Of a stretch of DNA of 64,000 bases, positions 1 to 14,543 are shown in pieces. Made by a program: the position numbers and the translations under genes. The stretch's first letter is position 1; every line of letters begins with the position of its first letter. The notes beneath the pieces are model-generated. The model was given only the letters and a program-made list of their open reading frames with translations. It did not search any database and was not told where the DNA came from. The stretch lies in the NCBI RefSeq assembly GCF_006345805.1, contig NC_043005.1:19406001-19470000 (forward strand), in the 5' to 3' direction. The DNA is from Octopus sinensis (taxonomy: Eukaryota).

Positions 1-1134
1 AGAGAGGCAGACAGACACAAATACATATGCAAGAACAAATATAAAAAACGTGTAGGTTTCTCTGTGTGTGTGTGAGTGTAAATATATGTGAATGTGTATT
101 TGTTTCGCTCTGCTTACTTGTTTATGTAGACTTCTACATACATCTGCTTCTCTACGTTCTGGTAAGGATTGCTTCGAGACTCCTAACTCATTCACAGACT
201 CACACTCTTTTCCTGTCTGCAAAAGAATATACGGGCATATTGTGTCTATGACTGTGAGAATGTGACATTCTGTCACACCCCCTCTCTTTATCTCTGATTC
301 TCTTCCCTCTGTCTTTCTCTCTCTCTCTCCCTTTCTCCTTTCCTCGCTTTTTTCAATTTCTAAAACTTATAAACACCTTCCCTTTTATACTGAATTTTCC
401 AATACAGTATCTACTAAAATTCATTCAAAAATTAAAAGGAAACAGAACAATTTTTTAATGGCTAAATCACAATAGGGAGGGCGGCTTTCGGTATTCAGGT
501 AAGAAGAGAGATATTACCTCCAGGAAAGAGACCCAACCCTAATGGTTTTAACAGTGTGTGGAGTCCGCTAAAATTACACAGGGGATATGTAATGAAATTA
601 AACTGAGCAACTGATTAATTCTATCAACCAAGAACAACAGTTCCCATGTATCTAAATATCATCTACAAAGCTTTCAGTTTTCCTAGGCTATGGTAGAAGA
701 AATTTGCCCATGGAAGGTCTTCTGGGTTTTAAACTGAAATCACCTAGATTGGTGTCGATAAATTTGATACTACATCTTTTGACTAGGAGTGGGGGTGATG
801 AGATGCAAGTTCACCTTGACAGGATTTGAAACCAGAACTCAGAGAAACGTGAGAAAAAATGTATACGGTTCAGTTGAAAAGTGAAGTCCACCATAGCGGG
901 ATCTGAACTGAGAATATAGCTGTAGGAAATATACTCTAAGACAGTACTTCTCAAACTATCTGATGTAGTGCACCGGCAGCTTTTTTCCAATGTGCTAGGG
1001 ACCGGTAATATTTCTTAGTTATATTAATTTATACCGGAAACAATATATATAATAAAGTAAAATTTATGGCTTTCCTGAATTTTGGGGTTAGTAGCCCGCG
1101 CTCTTAACCACTACGCCGTACATTTCCATTGTTC

Positions 1135-1640
1135 TTATTATCCAGGAGTGTAGTATCATATCGTATACTTTTGGATGGTCAACCTATGCTATGCTCAGGT
1201 TTGTGTGTCTTCTCTTGCAGTTTCTGATAATTTGATTATCGATTAAAAGCTAATGCTTCGTTCCCCGGCTCCTCTTTCGGCACCCTTTCTCTTCAATAGG
1301 TAGCAGCCCACTTTTGTCCAAGTATCTATACGATTCACCGGCCAAAGCACCTGACATTAGTTTCCACATTAGCGGAAGACACGATACTGGTCGAAAGTTG
1401 GATGCTACATTTCCCTTTTCAGGATCCTTGGCATATAAAAATGTCTTTCCTTTTATCATCCAGCTGGGTACTGCTCCTTCTTGCAAGCACTCATCTAGCT
1501 GTTTCGTTATCCTTTCATGGGGCCCTCTCAGCTTCTTCATCCAATAACCTTGGACCCCATCCGGTCCTGGACTCTTCCAATTTGGGAATTTTCTTAAGAG
1601 CTTTTTTTATTATTTCTTTTTATTATTTCTTGTACTGAGG
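1135..1640 (-). mobile_element. Decayed Dong/R4-type non-LTR retrotransposon RT fragment
   Basis: ORF 1250..1540 has PSWMIKGKTFLYAKDPEKGNVASNFRPVSCLPLMWKL and EEKGCRKRSRGTK, matching the R4/Dong RT N-terminal motifs; it continues with stops. Confidence 0.75.
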
Positions 1641-2017
1641 TCTGTGATAATGAGCTAGAGAAGAGACAGAGGTTGAAAAATTTAAATAACTTATGAATCT
1701 AGCAATGATATAATTCCTGAGTTCTCTAGTTGCAAGATGATAAATCATTTCATTGTACTGCTGCAGCTGAGTTTGCTTGATTCTTACAAGTTGTGAACAA
1801 CACCCGTTAGCCTTGACAAGTTTGTCGAACCAATATTTTGAAATTCTTTTTCCTGCTCTAAACGTTACCAGCAGAAATTTTGCATAGTTAACTTATTCCG
1901 CACATACTGTATGTCATTGCATAGTTTAACGTCTTGCTATCTTAACATCATTTTGCTATCCAAGGTCACGATTGGAATATAAAAGAGAATATATCAAATT
2001 GGTTCAAGCTTACAAAA

Positions 2018-2246
2018 TACGAGATGGTGCTGAAAAGTTCCTGGCTTTGGTTAAAAGAAAATACAGGTGTATCACTTAATTGTAATTTTATTCGACATGT
2101 TCCCCTCTCAGATTCACTCACTTATTGCAACGCTCTTTCAGTTTTTCTAAGCCCTGTAAAAGAACTAGGAAGGCTGGGCCTCCAACCAGACCTTCAGCGA
2201 GACCCTTAAAACCAGGAACTTTTCAGTACTCCCACTCCATCTCGTA
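2018..2246. mobile_element. Tc1/mariner-type MITE, about 229 bp
   Basis: Imperfect terminal inverted repeats TACGAGATGG..CTGAAAAGTTCCTGG / CCAGGAACTTTTCAG..CCATCTCGTA with TA at both ends; no ORF. Confidence 0.7.
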
Positions 2247-3222
2247 AATATTAAATCCCTATTGCTGGTGCCCTTAAAAGAATTATGATATCTATTTTCT
2301 GAAGGGGATCCATCTTCATTCAACACAACAGCGATTTCAGTATTTGTAGAAAAAATTCCGCCTGATGTTAGGTCCGTGTATTAAGTTCAGTTCATATTTA
2401 CAACGTCGAACGAAAGCTGTTCGATGGATCCGAGTAGCAGAGACGCAATGTGGAAACAAATCCACAATTCGGTCTTTGGTCACGCGGTACATTTATATAA
2501 ATCTACTTGTTTTTGTAATTTTAAGAAATGCATAGTGTATATTGTATAGTTCAGCGCATGGATTGTGAAAAGTCTGAATTTCCTATTTTTAGGTCAACGC
2601 ATTTTGAATTCTGGGGTACTTTTATCCAGTACTGTAGAGTTTCAAAATTATCAATAATTAAATATATTTTTGCGTTGGGCGATTTTTCTCCAGAAACAGA
2701 GTAAAAGGTGAATGTATGTCTTTCATTAAATTATAAACAAAAGTTAGAAATAAAATCCTTTTGCTTCGAGTGGAACAAATTTGGCACGAAAGAAAACAGA
2801 AAACTGCATAGTTGTAATTTTTGATAGTCTTGTTTTCATTGGTTTTATTAGTTGCCTCATGATTCTCAACAACAAATAGTTTGAGTTTATTAAGATAAGG
2901 TGGAAAGGAGGGTGTTATGACAACAACTCAAACACTCATTTTTAAATCTTAAAGGGAAGGATTTCAATGAAAACAGAATCTGGCCATTTTTTCCATAGCA
3001 TAAGGTTCAACTGATACTATCTCATTCTAATGCTTTAATAAATGATCAGGAAATCGTCTCTGGCCTTCTCTTCATGTTCGAACATTTCTCGATTACACAA
3101 TTACTTTCTCAAAGTCCCTCCTGGTCTTCGTTCATGTTATTTCGTCACACTTCTCCCTCACTCTTTTCTTTCCATACTCTTTCCTCTCTCTTTCTCTCTC
3201 GACATTGTATATAATTATCTTG

Positions 3223-3278
<56 letters not shown>

Positions 3279-5929
3279 ATCTTTCGTCGAATATGTTGAC
3301 TTTGTCTTTGATACAGTAAGCTTCCAGTTTGTCTTCAGTTTTGTCCGCTTCAGTCATGTTCGTTGTATCGTCTCTTGCTTCGATTTCGTTCCACAGTAAG
3401 TATTGTTGGAAAATTACAATAAAGGTGAGTTTAAATTTTTTTTAATGTACTTTTGAAACTGTTTTCAGTAAATTATAATCTCCCATATTTAAAACATAAA
3501 TATTCGAAGAAACTTTCGAACAAATAATACAAACCTTTACTATGTAACGAATCAATCTTCTATTCTACTCCATAAAGAATTTAGAATAAAAATTGGTGAG
3601 CAAAAATTGCCCAAGTTTAAAAAGGTAATATAGAATGAGAATGAATTTCGTTGTGCCTAATTTCATCTTCCCTAATGATGGTGCTGGACAAATATTTAAT
3701 GATATCAGGCATATTGATTATTTGTAATAAATAATGATGGGTATGAATAATTAAAAATATTAAGTATGCTTATTATTTGTACTAAGGAAAATACCATTTT
3801 CATTTTTTACAGTTGTTGCGGATCATACACATCTATATTTTTTCTCTTCTAGAAATTACTTCTAATATGGATGTTTTCAAGATGGAAATATATGGTTTTG
3901 CAAAACACATTTCAAAATTTCAAATTTTTAACATATTTTTACTCTTTTTCCCATTATTTAATATTTTTAGTTGTATACTTTTTTACTACCTTTCGAATTG
4001 TTTTTTTTCCTCTTTTTCAGAATTATATCTTTTTTTAACATGGGTAATTAAGATTATTATGTAAAAAAAAATTAACTTTTACAAAATTTCATTTTCAGGA
4101 ATATTTTTGCGTATTTCTTCTATAATTTTTTTCACAATCAACATCTTCAAACTTTCACAAATCTGATTACTTTCATTATAGAAAGTAAAAGAGTAATTAA
4201 AGCGTTCACCAGTGAATACACATTGTCTTCATTATACGGTGAGATTACTTTGCTCTAAAAAATACACTGAAAGCATTCATGTGAAATATCAGTACTTTAG
4301 CGAGATTTTCAGTACTAAATACATATTATCTTTATGATTCAACTCAGGCATGTTGGTAAAAATTTCTTTGGAAAAGAAATCGAACGAAACTGCATAATTG
4401 ATTTGAAAAGTATAATTTTTGTACAATCACGATCTTCGATTATAACGCTAGAAAGCATCTGAAAAAGTCAAATGTATATATATTTCAAGAGGGAGTGTAG
4501 ATGATTGGAAACCGAGGAAAGAGTGATGTTAGAACTTGTGATTCTTGAAAAATTTTTGAAAAATTTAAAATATCTTTGTGTGCGATATTTTCTAGACACA
4601 ATTTTGACATTTTTTAAAAATTGCCAAGCATTAAAAACAAAAACGACAAAGTGGCTTCTAAAAGTGGGAAATACTAAAATTTTGAAATTTTTCGAAGAAT
4701 CGCAATCTCGTATGTTTAAAACTGAAATTCGAAAAAATTTTCAGAAAACAAAAATCATACAAATTATAACAGTTAGAAAAGGTGCACTCCGCCAACTTTT
4801 CTTCAAGGAAAACACACGATTTTGATATGAAAATACTCTCACTTTTTGCTCTGGAAAATACTTCAAATATGAAGTCATAAAAAATTGTAGCACTAAAATT
4901 TGCAGAATTGCAAAATGATTATGCAAAAATAAGAATGAAATTTGTAGAGCAAACAAAATTTCAAAAATGTTGAAAGTAAAAATAACAAGCTCGAATACCC
5001 TCATTGCTGTCTTACAATCTTCGACTCCATAAAAGCAAAATTGTTTACTTTTTCAAAAGTGAAGCTGAAGGTATTTTTCTTACGTAAAAAGTGAATGTTT
5101 TTCTAGAAAATATAATCATTAAGGCATGAGCGATTTCCTTGAAAATAAAGTTTGGCGCAGGTGAAAGCCTTCAAAACAATAGTGAAATAAATAGAAGAGG
5201 GTAAATGATATAAAACATCCTGTCTGATGAAAATATCTTGAGTTGCTGTGAAATTGCTCACAGAAAAATCAATGAATAACTGGTACAAACTCCTTTTGAA
5301 TCAAGTTTATACTTTGCCGATTCTTTTAAAATCATGGACTTTGATTAATTATTGGAACATATTAGATTCATTAACCATTTTTCATTTTAACGCAAACACT
5401 TTCACTGTTTTCTTCAAATGAAAACATTTTGGGGGATTTTTTTACGAAATGGCAGTTTGGGATTCACTTTCAAGCGATGTTTCGGTTGTATTTGAAGTGT
5501 ATGGCATATGAATACAAACTGTGGCAAAGGCAAGAATATTTCGGGAAAAGAACAGTCAATTATATTGAACCTGAAAGATAAAGTTCAAAGGCAGATTCTG
5601 CTTGATATAATCAGTGAATGGAAAGAGTCAGAACAAATAACATAAGGCATTTGGTCCGACATTCTAAAGATTCTACTGATCAACCTTTGTCGACTGAAAC
5701 AAGGCCGTGTAAGGAGCAGAACATGGTCGAGTCAGTCGACTCAAACATATGACTGGTGATAATAAGTAGATATGTTTAGGAGTTAGAGAGAGACTAATGG
5801 AGAAAGACTGTAAAAATAAGTAGCAGTTAAGTGAACTCACTCAACAAGGTTTGCGTCTTAATTGTATAAAAAACAACTCCGGTTAGTAAGCTACGAAATT
5901 CTTACATTCTCTCGATTTCCTATAATCCA

Positions 5930-6780
5930 GACCGCCTCAAGATCCCAGCAAGCATTGGCCCAGAGGATAGCGAGGGACAGCCACTATGACTCACGGGTCT
6001 TGCACTTACGGATAGCCATCTCCGCTCCGATAGCGGTGAGTAGGGATAAGGTCCGGTGATGGGGGGAGAGAATGCCGGAAATCTCCACTTTCACAGGTTC
6101 GAACACAAAGAGCGACCGATGCTTTGATAGTTTGCTTTTCTCAGCCTGACGAGCAGCGGAACCTGGGCTGATAGCAGAACACACCAAGATGTCGCTGGAG
6201 AAGGTATCACAGCATGTGGCACCCAGATGAAGGATCTACCGTCACGGAATGGGAAAATTGTTATACCGTCAGGCCTTTTACAATGGGTGGAGGCCGAAAG
6301 AATCTACAGTGGATCCGCAGCGGCATTTGTGAGGCCCACTGATCTGGAGGCCATGACTTAGGAGAACGCCGATGTGCAGACAGTCGCTATCAAGCAGAGT
6401 GCCAGTTGCGAGTGATGGCACCGCATTGAGCCAGGCTCCGCTGTGAAGCTCCGACACAGAACGGGAAAATTCCAGACGGTGCTGATCAAGTGGGTCCACT
6501 AACTCGTCCAAGATCATGGTACACTGGATGACCTTCCATGTCTTGAGGGGGACCGGACATCTACAGAGATGACACCCACGGGTCGAGCTGTTTCCATGTC
6601 AAGTGGACTACTTTCACTACCCGATCACAGTAGATTCTGTTGTGTTATGGAGAACTATGTTGAAGACACGGCAAAAGGCCATCAACGAGAGAAAAAGTGT
6701 CGTTAAACCGAACGTTGCATATAACTTCAGCAGCCCGTTGGATACAGGCAACGAGATCTGTGGAGAGATATAAGTGGCTA
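5930..6780 (-). mobile_element. CRE-clade non-LTR retrotransposon 3' part (RT thumb plus restriction-like endonuclease region), decayed
   Basis: GC-rich island. The ORFs give LPVSNG, SGAWLNAVPSLATGTLLD, HKCRCGSTVDSFGLH, GSAARQAEKSK and WANAAGIL, which follow the CRE C-terminal motif order. Confidence 0.7.
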
Positions 6781-7297
6781 TAGCTAGGGACTCTGCGGAG
6801 GGTATATAATACTTTAAAAACTTCGGAGAGTTGAATGACAAAGACAAACTCACCTCTAATCAAGCATCGCAAGGTTTTTTTATCCAGCACATTTATAATT
6901 CTATTCATAATAAGAGTAAATAACCGTAAGTACACTGCAAGACCCTAAAATTATGCAGTAACACAAACATACAGAAACTTAGTATATTTACAGACAGTGT
7001 GGAGGATACCTTACACTGTATAATCTCGGAATTCTGCATTCCGCGTTCGATTCCCGATGGTACTGAATTACCCTTTCATTTATTGTGGTTAATTAAAATT
7101 CAAGTAATTTCTTGGCTTCATCAGTAACCTTCTGGGATTCAATACGAACTTTTGATTACGTGCCAGTATAAGCGATATTTGTTATTCAAAGTGTAAATGA
7201 GAGCAGAATTGGTAGAATGCCAAAAAAATTGCGACCGCAGACCCGTGTGTATTGAAATTGTCCAGAGTTTTATGCATTTCCGTTATATTTATTTAGA

Positions 7298-8295
7298 CTA
7301 GCTTAAGGTGACCTACTCTACGCGCGGGTGAGCGTGTGGTTGTTACTTTATGTTGCTTCCTTTCTGTTTCTTATCGCCACATTCTCCCGCTTTGTTTCTC
7401 TCTCCTTTCTCTCTCACTTTCCCACTTTCATACTCTCCCTTTCTCTTGGATTCTCCCTCGCTTTCTCTTATGCGTGCACGTAAAATCACAAAAGTAATTC
7501 AAAACTACTTAAAATTTACTGAAATTTGATGCTTCTTTTTTATACATTTTGACGGTTCATGATGCAAATGAAAGTTAAAATTTTGGCCTTTAACACAATG
7601 CCATTTTTACCCATGTCAACCAAATAATACAAACAGAAAAAAACTAACTCTAAAAATAGGGCAAAAATGTACTCTTTTTAAAAGTTGAAAAATTTTACAC
7701 CCCTTTCCAAAATCCCCCAAATTTTTACACCCACAATTAAACATAACCACCTCTAGCCACTGCAGTGACACGAAAAGCCACCATTATTCAAACAGCGCAA
7801 CCTGTCTATACTATAAAACTCAATTTTCCCCATATTCCTCACCATGGCAAACAAACAGTAACCCCGAGCGTCTTGCAACCCTCATCACATCATTGCCCAC
7901 TCCATTTTACCCCCCAGTGTAAATTTTGGCGCTAATGCGACCACATCTACCACCCTTAAACCGTTTCCATCCCAAAATGAGACAAACAACCAAGAAATCA
8001 AATTTTTCGCATTTCAGTTTTATAGATATTGATGATAGAGGGAAGGAAGGAAAGAAAGAGATCGAGGAAGACAGGGGTATATCCGAAAGAGAGATGACAA
8101 ACACTTGCCAAAGTCTGGGTTTTGTTGCCCTAGTAACCACAGCTTTTGAGATAGGTGTTTCTAACATAGTCCAGTTGCTTCCTCGCCTCTTTTTACATAT
8201 CCCTGTAAATTTTGGAGCCAATCCGACCCCATCTACCGTTGCCATCCCAAAATGAGACAAACAAATTTTTCGCATTTCAGCTTTATAGATATTGA
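7298..8295 (-). mobile_element. Putative non-autonomous Helitron-like element with a duplicated 5' end
   Basis: The minus strand starts A|TCAATATCTATAAAG (a second copy ends near 8032) and ends with a GC-rich segment followed by CTAG|T. Confidence 0.4.
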
Positions 8296-8879
8296 TCCAT
8301 TTATGTCAGATTTTATGAGCATTATATCTTGTAAGATGTCCTTTACTTCTGAAAAGAACCCTATTCAAACAGATCTACAATAAAAAAAAAGATTGCATCT
8401 ATGACATTCTCTTCAATTTTTGAGGGCAGAATTAAATTGTCTGCTTTCAGTCCGTTTCCATACTCATACATGTATGCATGTATATGTATTTATACATACA
8501 TGCCTATATACATACACACACACACACACACACACCACACACACACACACACACATAACAATAGCCATTCCTCAAGTGCTCTGCTTGTCATCTCCAGAAC
8601 TCTGACAAAAGTAGCATTAATTTTCTTAAGTGGTTCAATTTACCTCAATAGATCAATAGACTATTTGAGTAAACCTATCAATAATGACTACTGGAGAAAG
8701 CTGTAAACCAAATTTGCTGATTGTATATGTACAATTTTATGTGCGTTGATAGTAGCAACAGAGCCTTTCAGCTCTTATTTCTAGCAGTGTAGGTATTCTT
8801 CCACCATCAGCCAGTTTGGTTTACAGCTGTCTCCAGTAGGCTGGGACCACAGGCCATACGTCCCCTGCCCAATTCAGGA

Positions 8880-9190
8880 TCACAACATATGGGTACACTG
8901 CGACATAATTTCTTTTCCTCAACAGGCCCTGCCCTATTTAAAAATAGTCCCTAAACAGATCGAAGAGGAAAAGGATCCTATCACCTTTAAACGGAGTTTG
9001 TACAGATTTCTTCAAGGAATACCAGATAAGTCACCCATACCTGGATACAACTCACTCAACAAGAACTCATTACTTGAATGGACTATAAACAAAACTTGAC
9101 TTTAAAAGAGTTTAGATAATACTATCAGGTGGTGCTATTAAGTTAGACATGGCCTGGACCAATCTTTGGTCGAAACATATCTAAGTTTTT
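8880..9190 (+). mobile_element. CR1-type LINE 3' end fragment
   Basis: Hand translation gives FKRSLYRFLQGIPDKSPIPGYNS, a typical CR1 ORF2 C-terminus, followed by a short 3' UTR. Confidence 0.55.
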
Positions 9191-9532
9191 TTTTTATATA
9201 CATGCTGGCAGTATTATTCCAATTTACTAAGCTCCAGTTTACTAACCTGAAAATTAGTACCAGCAAACTGCGGGTCTAGTTCTGTACCCCTCCAATAGTC
9301 ATACATACATTAGATATGACGCTCGTTCAAAGGGTAATACAATCGATGTTTTTAAACAAAACAAACGACTTACTGTTTAACCAAGTTAAACAAACAATCG
9401 ATTAGTTAATTGGGTATTAAACCAATTATCTAACAATAAACGAGTGGAACTGAATCAGTGCGTGTGTTATTAATATTGACATAATGACTTTCCCAAGAAA
9501 CTAAAATTTGTATGTATATATGTATATATATA

Positions 9533-9608
<76 letters not shown>

Positions 9609-11726
9609 AAAGACGGAAGATGGAATGCGCTCGCGCGCGCGTGTGTGTGTTCACACACACACATATATCCATCTATCTATCTATCTATCTATCTATCTAA
9701 TATATATATATATATATATGTGTGTGTATTCACATATATATATTCATATGTATATTTATATATACGCACGTATGTTTATACGTATATATATAATACATAT
9801 GCGTGTGTGTGTGTTCACACACATATATATTTATATATATATATTCATATGTATGTTTATATATGCGAACGTATGTATATACGTATATATGATACATATG
9901 TATATATGTATGTGTTAATGAGTGTTTTTTGCATGCGTGTAAATTAGCATCTATGTATGATTTTTTTGCGTATGTAAGCTGAATATTTTATTTTTCAAAT
10001 TTTTATTTTCTTTATGTAGAAGTTTCCGGCTGCGAGCGGGCGGGAATAAGTATGTGGGTACCGTATGCCAATGTATATAGATGCGAAGCAAGTACAGAGT
10101 TCAGTATTCACCTGAAATTGAATTATCTCTTTCTAATAATGCACTCTATCAAGACAATTCTAAGTTTAAGTGTTAAAAATGCTTCCAGAAAAAAAAATTA
10201 ATGTCACTTCAAACCACTTAAAATCTATATAACGTAATACCGGGACATAATGCATTAAACAATAACTTCACTAAATCAGTCTCAATTGGAAAAATAGAAA
10301 ACCCAACAGACGAAATACAAAGCTAAAATGCATATGTCTACAAATTATTTATACGCTTTTAAACACTCACTTGCCAAGGCAGGAATATAATGCAAAAAAG
10401 AATCACCAATTCATTTCACATATAACGCCGACAGACAACAATACTAAAATAGTACAAATAAACCTTTCCATCTCTCACACATCAAAGGCCATTCTTGAAC
10501 TCAACAGACGAATCACACATTAATCGAAACTTGTTTTCTTTTCTTATTTCCACTACTTCAAATCCATTCATCTCTTTAAACAACACCAGTAGGTTTGCTG
10601 TTATTAAATATCCGCCCCACGTCACGAAACAACCAACTGAATTCCTAGAGTTCTTCTTACAATTATGCACACACATTCAAGCAACGAGAGCATGTTAAAT
10701 TCTATCACCTCCTACTTCACCACCCCTTTATGAATGTTTTCTTCTCTTCTCAAACCCATCCTGCAATATGCTTATATAAACACAACGTTAAATAGAATAA
10801 CCAATTGAGTAAACAAGTGAAATGAAAGAGAATAACCTAACATATTTTACAGACCACTAATACATCCGTTATAACGCTAACCAACCAAGTAATAAACAAA
10901 ATTTCCTTATAAATTTTTTCTCATTAGTTGAAGATATAGAAAACACCGCATCTACATAAACAAGCCCTTTTGCTATTCTTACAACTTCGGTCTCTACGGA
11001 ATTTCATATTTTAACTATTTTAATTTCGACATTACGCACCCAAGCATCTTCTTAAAATTCTTATATTAGATGCTCTTGATCATCTCTACCCACCGGCAAT
11101 ACACCAAAATATTTTTTTTAAATCTAAGCACTTTTATAATTGCGTAGAATCCCCTCTCCCGAAACTCATTTACATAACCACAAATATTAATTTGCTGTTG
11201 AACCTATGATGGACTCCGGTTAAGAGCGAAAGAAATGTACATTTACAGCATTCGACGCTTAAGAAAAAAAATCTCTTAACTACTGCACAATTATGACGTT
11301 AACTTTTATATTTGGTTTGGAGTTATTTTCATCACAATGAACAAATTGCATACACGCACTTACATGCTCATATATAAATACATACATATGACGGGTGTAT
11401 GAAAAGTCTATTTCTTTGTTTCTGTATTTTATATATAGGCGATGCTTATGTTTCGCCTGTTACTAAATTAAAGACATTAGCTTCGTCAGCAAATTGTTGA
11501 AATAGCACATCACACTGGGCATTTATTCTCATACAGAGTAAAATGAAATTGTGATCTAACGAAGAACTTATTTAAAATAATCACCTGAAGAAACACATGT
11601 TACACCTTTTATGGCTGATAGTGATTGCACAATATGTCAAGCATATCATCTCGCCAATGTATTACGGGTATAACAATGTGTAGAAACAAGTGTAGTGATT
11701 TTGAAATGCTCTTCAATCTATTTTTG

Positions 11727-11992
<266 letters not shown>

Positions 11993-12514
11993 TTTTCAAT
12001 CTATCTATCTGTGTGTGTATGTGTACGTGAGTGCGTGTGTGTATGTGTGTGTGTGTGTATGTGTGTGTGTGTGTGTATGTGTGTGTGTGTGCGCGCGCGC
12101 GCGTGCGTGCGTGTAATGGAGCACGTTGTATATTCAATATGATTGACTTCAACTTAATGAAAAGTACGAAATTACTACCTTCAACCGGCCAAATTACATA
12201 GAGATCAACTTGAGATTGCCGCTTCGAAATGTATTTCATGACGTAATTTTAAGGCTGATATAATTGCTGGCCTTGAATACAGCAATGACTACGTTTATTG
12301 ACGAGATTTAACGTGGAATCCCTGAACTTGCAAGAACTTTCAACGCACGCGATATTTTGCTGCAAATATATTTAATCCTGACTAATTCAAGATAGTGTGC
12401 ATTTAATTTGTGGTGGTGATAAAGCTAATGGTTGCACTTTTAGGATTCAGTCACGTGTCGAAGTCACAACGAGCTCCGACTATGTATATTTAATACACAC
12501 ATGTGTATATACTC

Positions 12515-12711
12515 TTTTGCTCTTTTACTTGTTTCAGTCATTTGACTGCGGCCATGCTGGAGCACCGCCTTTAATCGTGACTTATTCTTTTTGTATGCCC
12601 AGTACTTATTCTATCGGTCTCTCTTGCCGAACCGCTAAGTAACGGGGACATAAACACACCAGCATCGGTTGTCAAGCAATGCTAGGGGGACAAACACAGA
12701 CAAACAAACAA

Positions 12712-12789
<78 letters not shown>

Positions 12790-12965
12790 ATATACATATA
12801 TACGACAGGCTTCTTTCAGTTTCCGTCTACCAAATCCACTCACAAGGCATTGGTCGGCCGGGGCTATAGCAGAAGACACTTGCCCAAGATGCCACGCAGT
12901 GGGACTGAACCCGGAACCATGTGGTTGGTTAGCAAGCTACTTACCACACAGCCACTCCTGCGCCT
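12515..12965 (-). mobile_element. tRNA-derived SINE, about 450 bp, with an internal (AT/AC)n tract; other copies or halves at about 33150-33545, 35150-35775, 32250-32450, 38345-38580, 57900-58140, 61300-61470
   Basis: The minus strand has a head GGCGCAGGAGTGGCTGTGTGGTAAG..GGTTCAGTCCC (A/B-box-like) and a tail ending GACTGAAACAAGTAAAAGAG; it recurs across the window. Confidence 0.8.
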
Positions 12966-13254
12966 ATATGTATATATCGTCTTAATTTTTTTATTCTTTG
13001 ACTTGTTGCAGTTATTTGCCTGTGGCCATGCTGGAGCACCTCCCTAAGGGATCTTAGCCGAAGAAATCGACCCTAGGACTTATTGTTTCTAAGCCAAGTA
13101 TATATTCCACCGGTCCCATTTGCCGAACTACTAAGATACATAAAGACACCGGCATCGGTTGTCAAACGATGGCGGGGATATATGCACAGACACAGGCACA
13201 CACACGAATATATACATACATTTATATCGATATATATACATATATTGATGTATA

Positions 13255-13285
<31 letters not shown>

Positions 13286-13399
13286 TTGTGTGTGTGTTTA
13301 GCTGTGCATATATGTGTATATATATATTTTTCATTTCTTTAACTTTATTCGTTTTAAACCATACGGCTGCGGTCATGCTGGAGCACCACTATGATTTTG

Positions 13400-13750
13400 T
13401 ATCTTTTCCACATCTTTGTTGTATGGTTCATTTTTTTCAGGCTGATGGGGTTTCATATCACCACTCCAAAATTAGCCTTTTACCGCTCGTTGTTGGCCCA
13501 TTTGGTGTATGGCCGACTTTGACACTGCTGCCTTCATCTGGACTTCGTGCCAGGACTTTGGTTCGTCTGGTGTTGCTGACAGGAGAATATCCAGTTCCTT
13601 TTCAAAGACATCCAAGTTGTGTAGGTTTCTTAATCTTTTGGCAAGGCATTGAAGAGCCGAGCCTTTGAACCCTATGCTATTGCAGTATCTGGTCCTGACT
13701 TCAGATGGGATGGAAGGTGCCTTTGGTACAATGCAATGACCTCTAGTTGG
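13400..13750 (-). mobile_element. CR1-type LINE 3' fragment
   Basis: Hand translation gives RLRNLHNLDVFEKELDILLSATPDEP..AAVSKS. Confidence 0.55.
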
Positions 13751-14000
13751 GATATATATATATATATGCTTTCAAACACATACATACATATATATGTATA
13801 TATATATATGTATATGTATTTATATGTATATATATGTGTGTTTATATATATACATATATAAATATATATCTATATTGTATAAAGGGCATTATTACACATA
13901 AATGCCTCACACTAGGAGGGACAAAGTCATTACTACCAAAATTATACTAATCATACCCAAATGCAGTTTTTCAAAGCAAGACATTTAAAAATATGAATTT

Positions 14001-14059
14001 AGTTCTGTATCACCGTGATTTCACATTCAACTTTACGTCTAATGATCGTCAGCAGAACT
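14001..14059 (-). ncRNA. Minimal type I hammerhead ribozyme, array A copy 1
   Basis: AGTTCTG-CTGACGA-TCATT..AATGT-GAAA-TCAC G GTGA-TA|CAGAACT: 7-bp stem I, canonical core, AUA site. Confidence 0.85.
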
Positions 14060-14484
14060 GATTCTGAATACATCATAAATAAACTACCAACCTTACGTAG
14101 CGAAGACAAACAGACAACTGCTCACTCCGGCCAAGCACATGGAATGTTTATAAATCATATATCCGGTAAATGGTGGGCTTCTTTACGAACTGCATGTCGG
14201 GTAATGAAAAGTATTTCGGAATAAGTTTAACAATTAAGGATAATCTCTTAATAAGGGATCTTAACAAGAAATTATCGGGTAGCTAGCGTGAAAACCTCAT
14301 AAAAGAAAAGAATTCGAAAATAATTTTTTTTCTTTTGAACAAATTAATTATATCTATATTGTATAAAGGGCATTATTACACATAAATGCCTCACACTAGG
14401 AGGGACAAAGTCATTACTACCAAAATTATACTAATCATACCCAAATGCAGTTTTTCAAAGCAAGACATTTAAAAATATGAATTT

Positions 14485-14543
14485 AGTTCTGTATCACCGT
14501 GATTTCACATTCAACTTTACGTCTAATGATCGTCAGCAGAACT
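14485..14543 (-). ncRNA. Hammerhead ribozyme, array A copy 2
   Basis: Same sequence as 14001-14059. Confidence 0.85.

Noticed and set aside
3300-3430. Possible host exon (acceptor at 3316, donors GTAAGT at 3396 and GTGAGT at 3425); the minus strand also resembles a Gypsy gag fragment (KLEAYC..KVNIFDER)
   Set aside because: No partner exons or recognisable protein, and both readings rest on short motifs.
5217-5265. CTGT-CTGATGA..GAAA..ACAG hammerhead-like string
   Set aside because: Stems II and III do not pair.
7090-7130. Minus-strand CTGATGA followed by GAAA
   Set aside because: No room for stem II; likely chance.
9140-9185. GACC/GGTC hairpin followed by GAAAC at a CR1 3' end
   Set aside because: No CUGANGA core; better explained as a LINE 3' stem-loop.
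9430-9947. ORFs rich in YI, YLSI, CV, poly-I, poly-Y and poly-D here and throughout the window
   Set aside because: Translations of (AT)n, (TATC)n, (GT)n and (ATT)n microsatellites.
14015-14224. Repeated 69-aa ORF in array A
   Set aside because: Antisense to the HHR strand, non-ATG start, broken by indels in other units, no motif.
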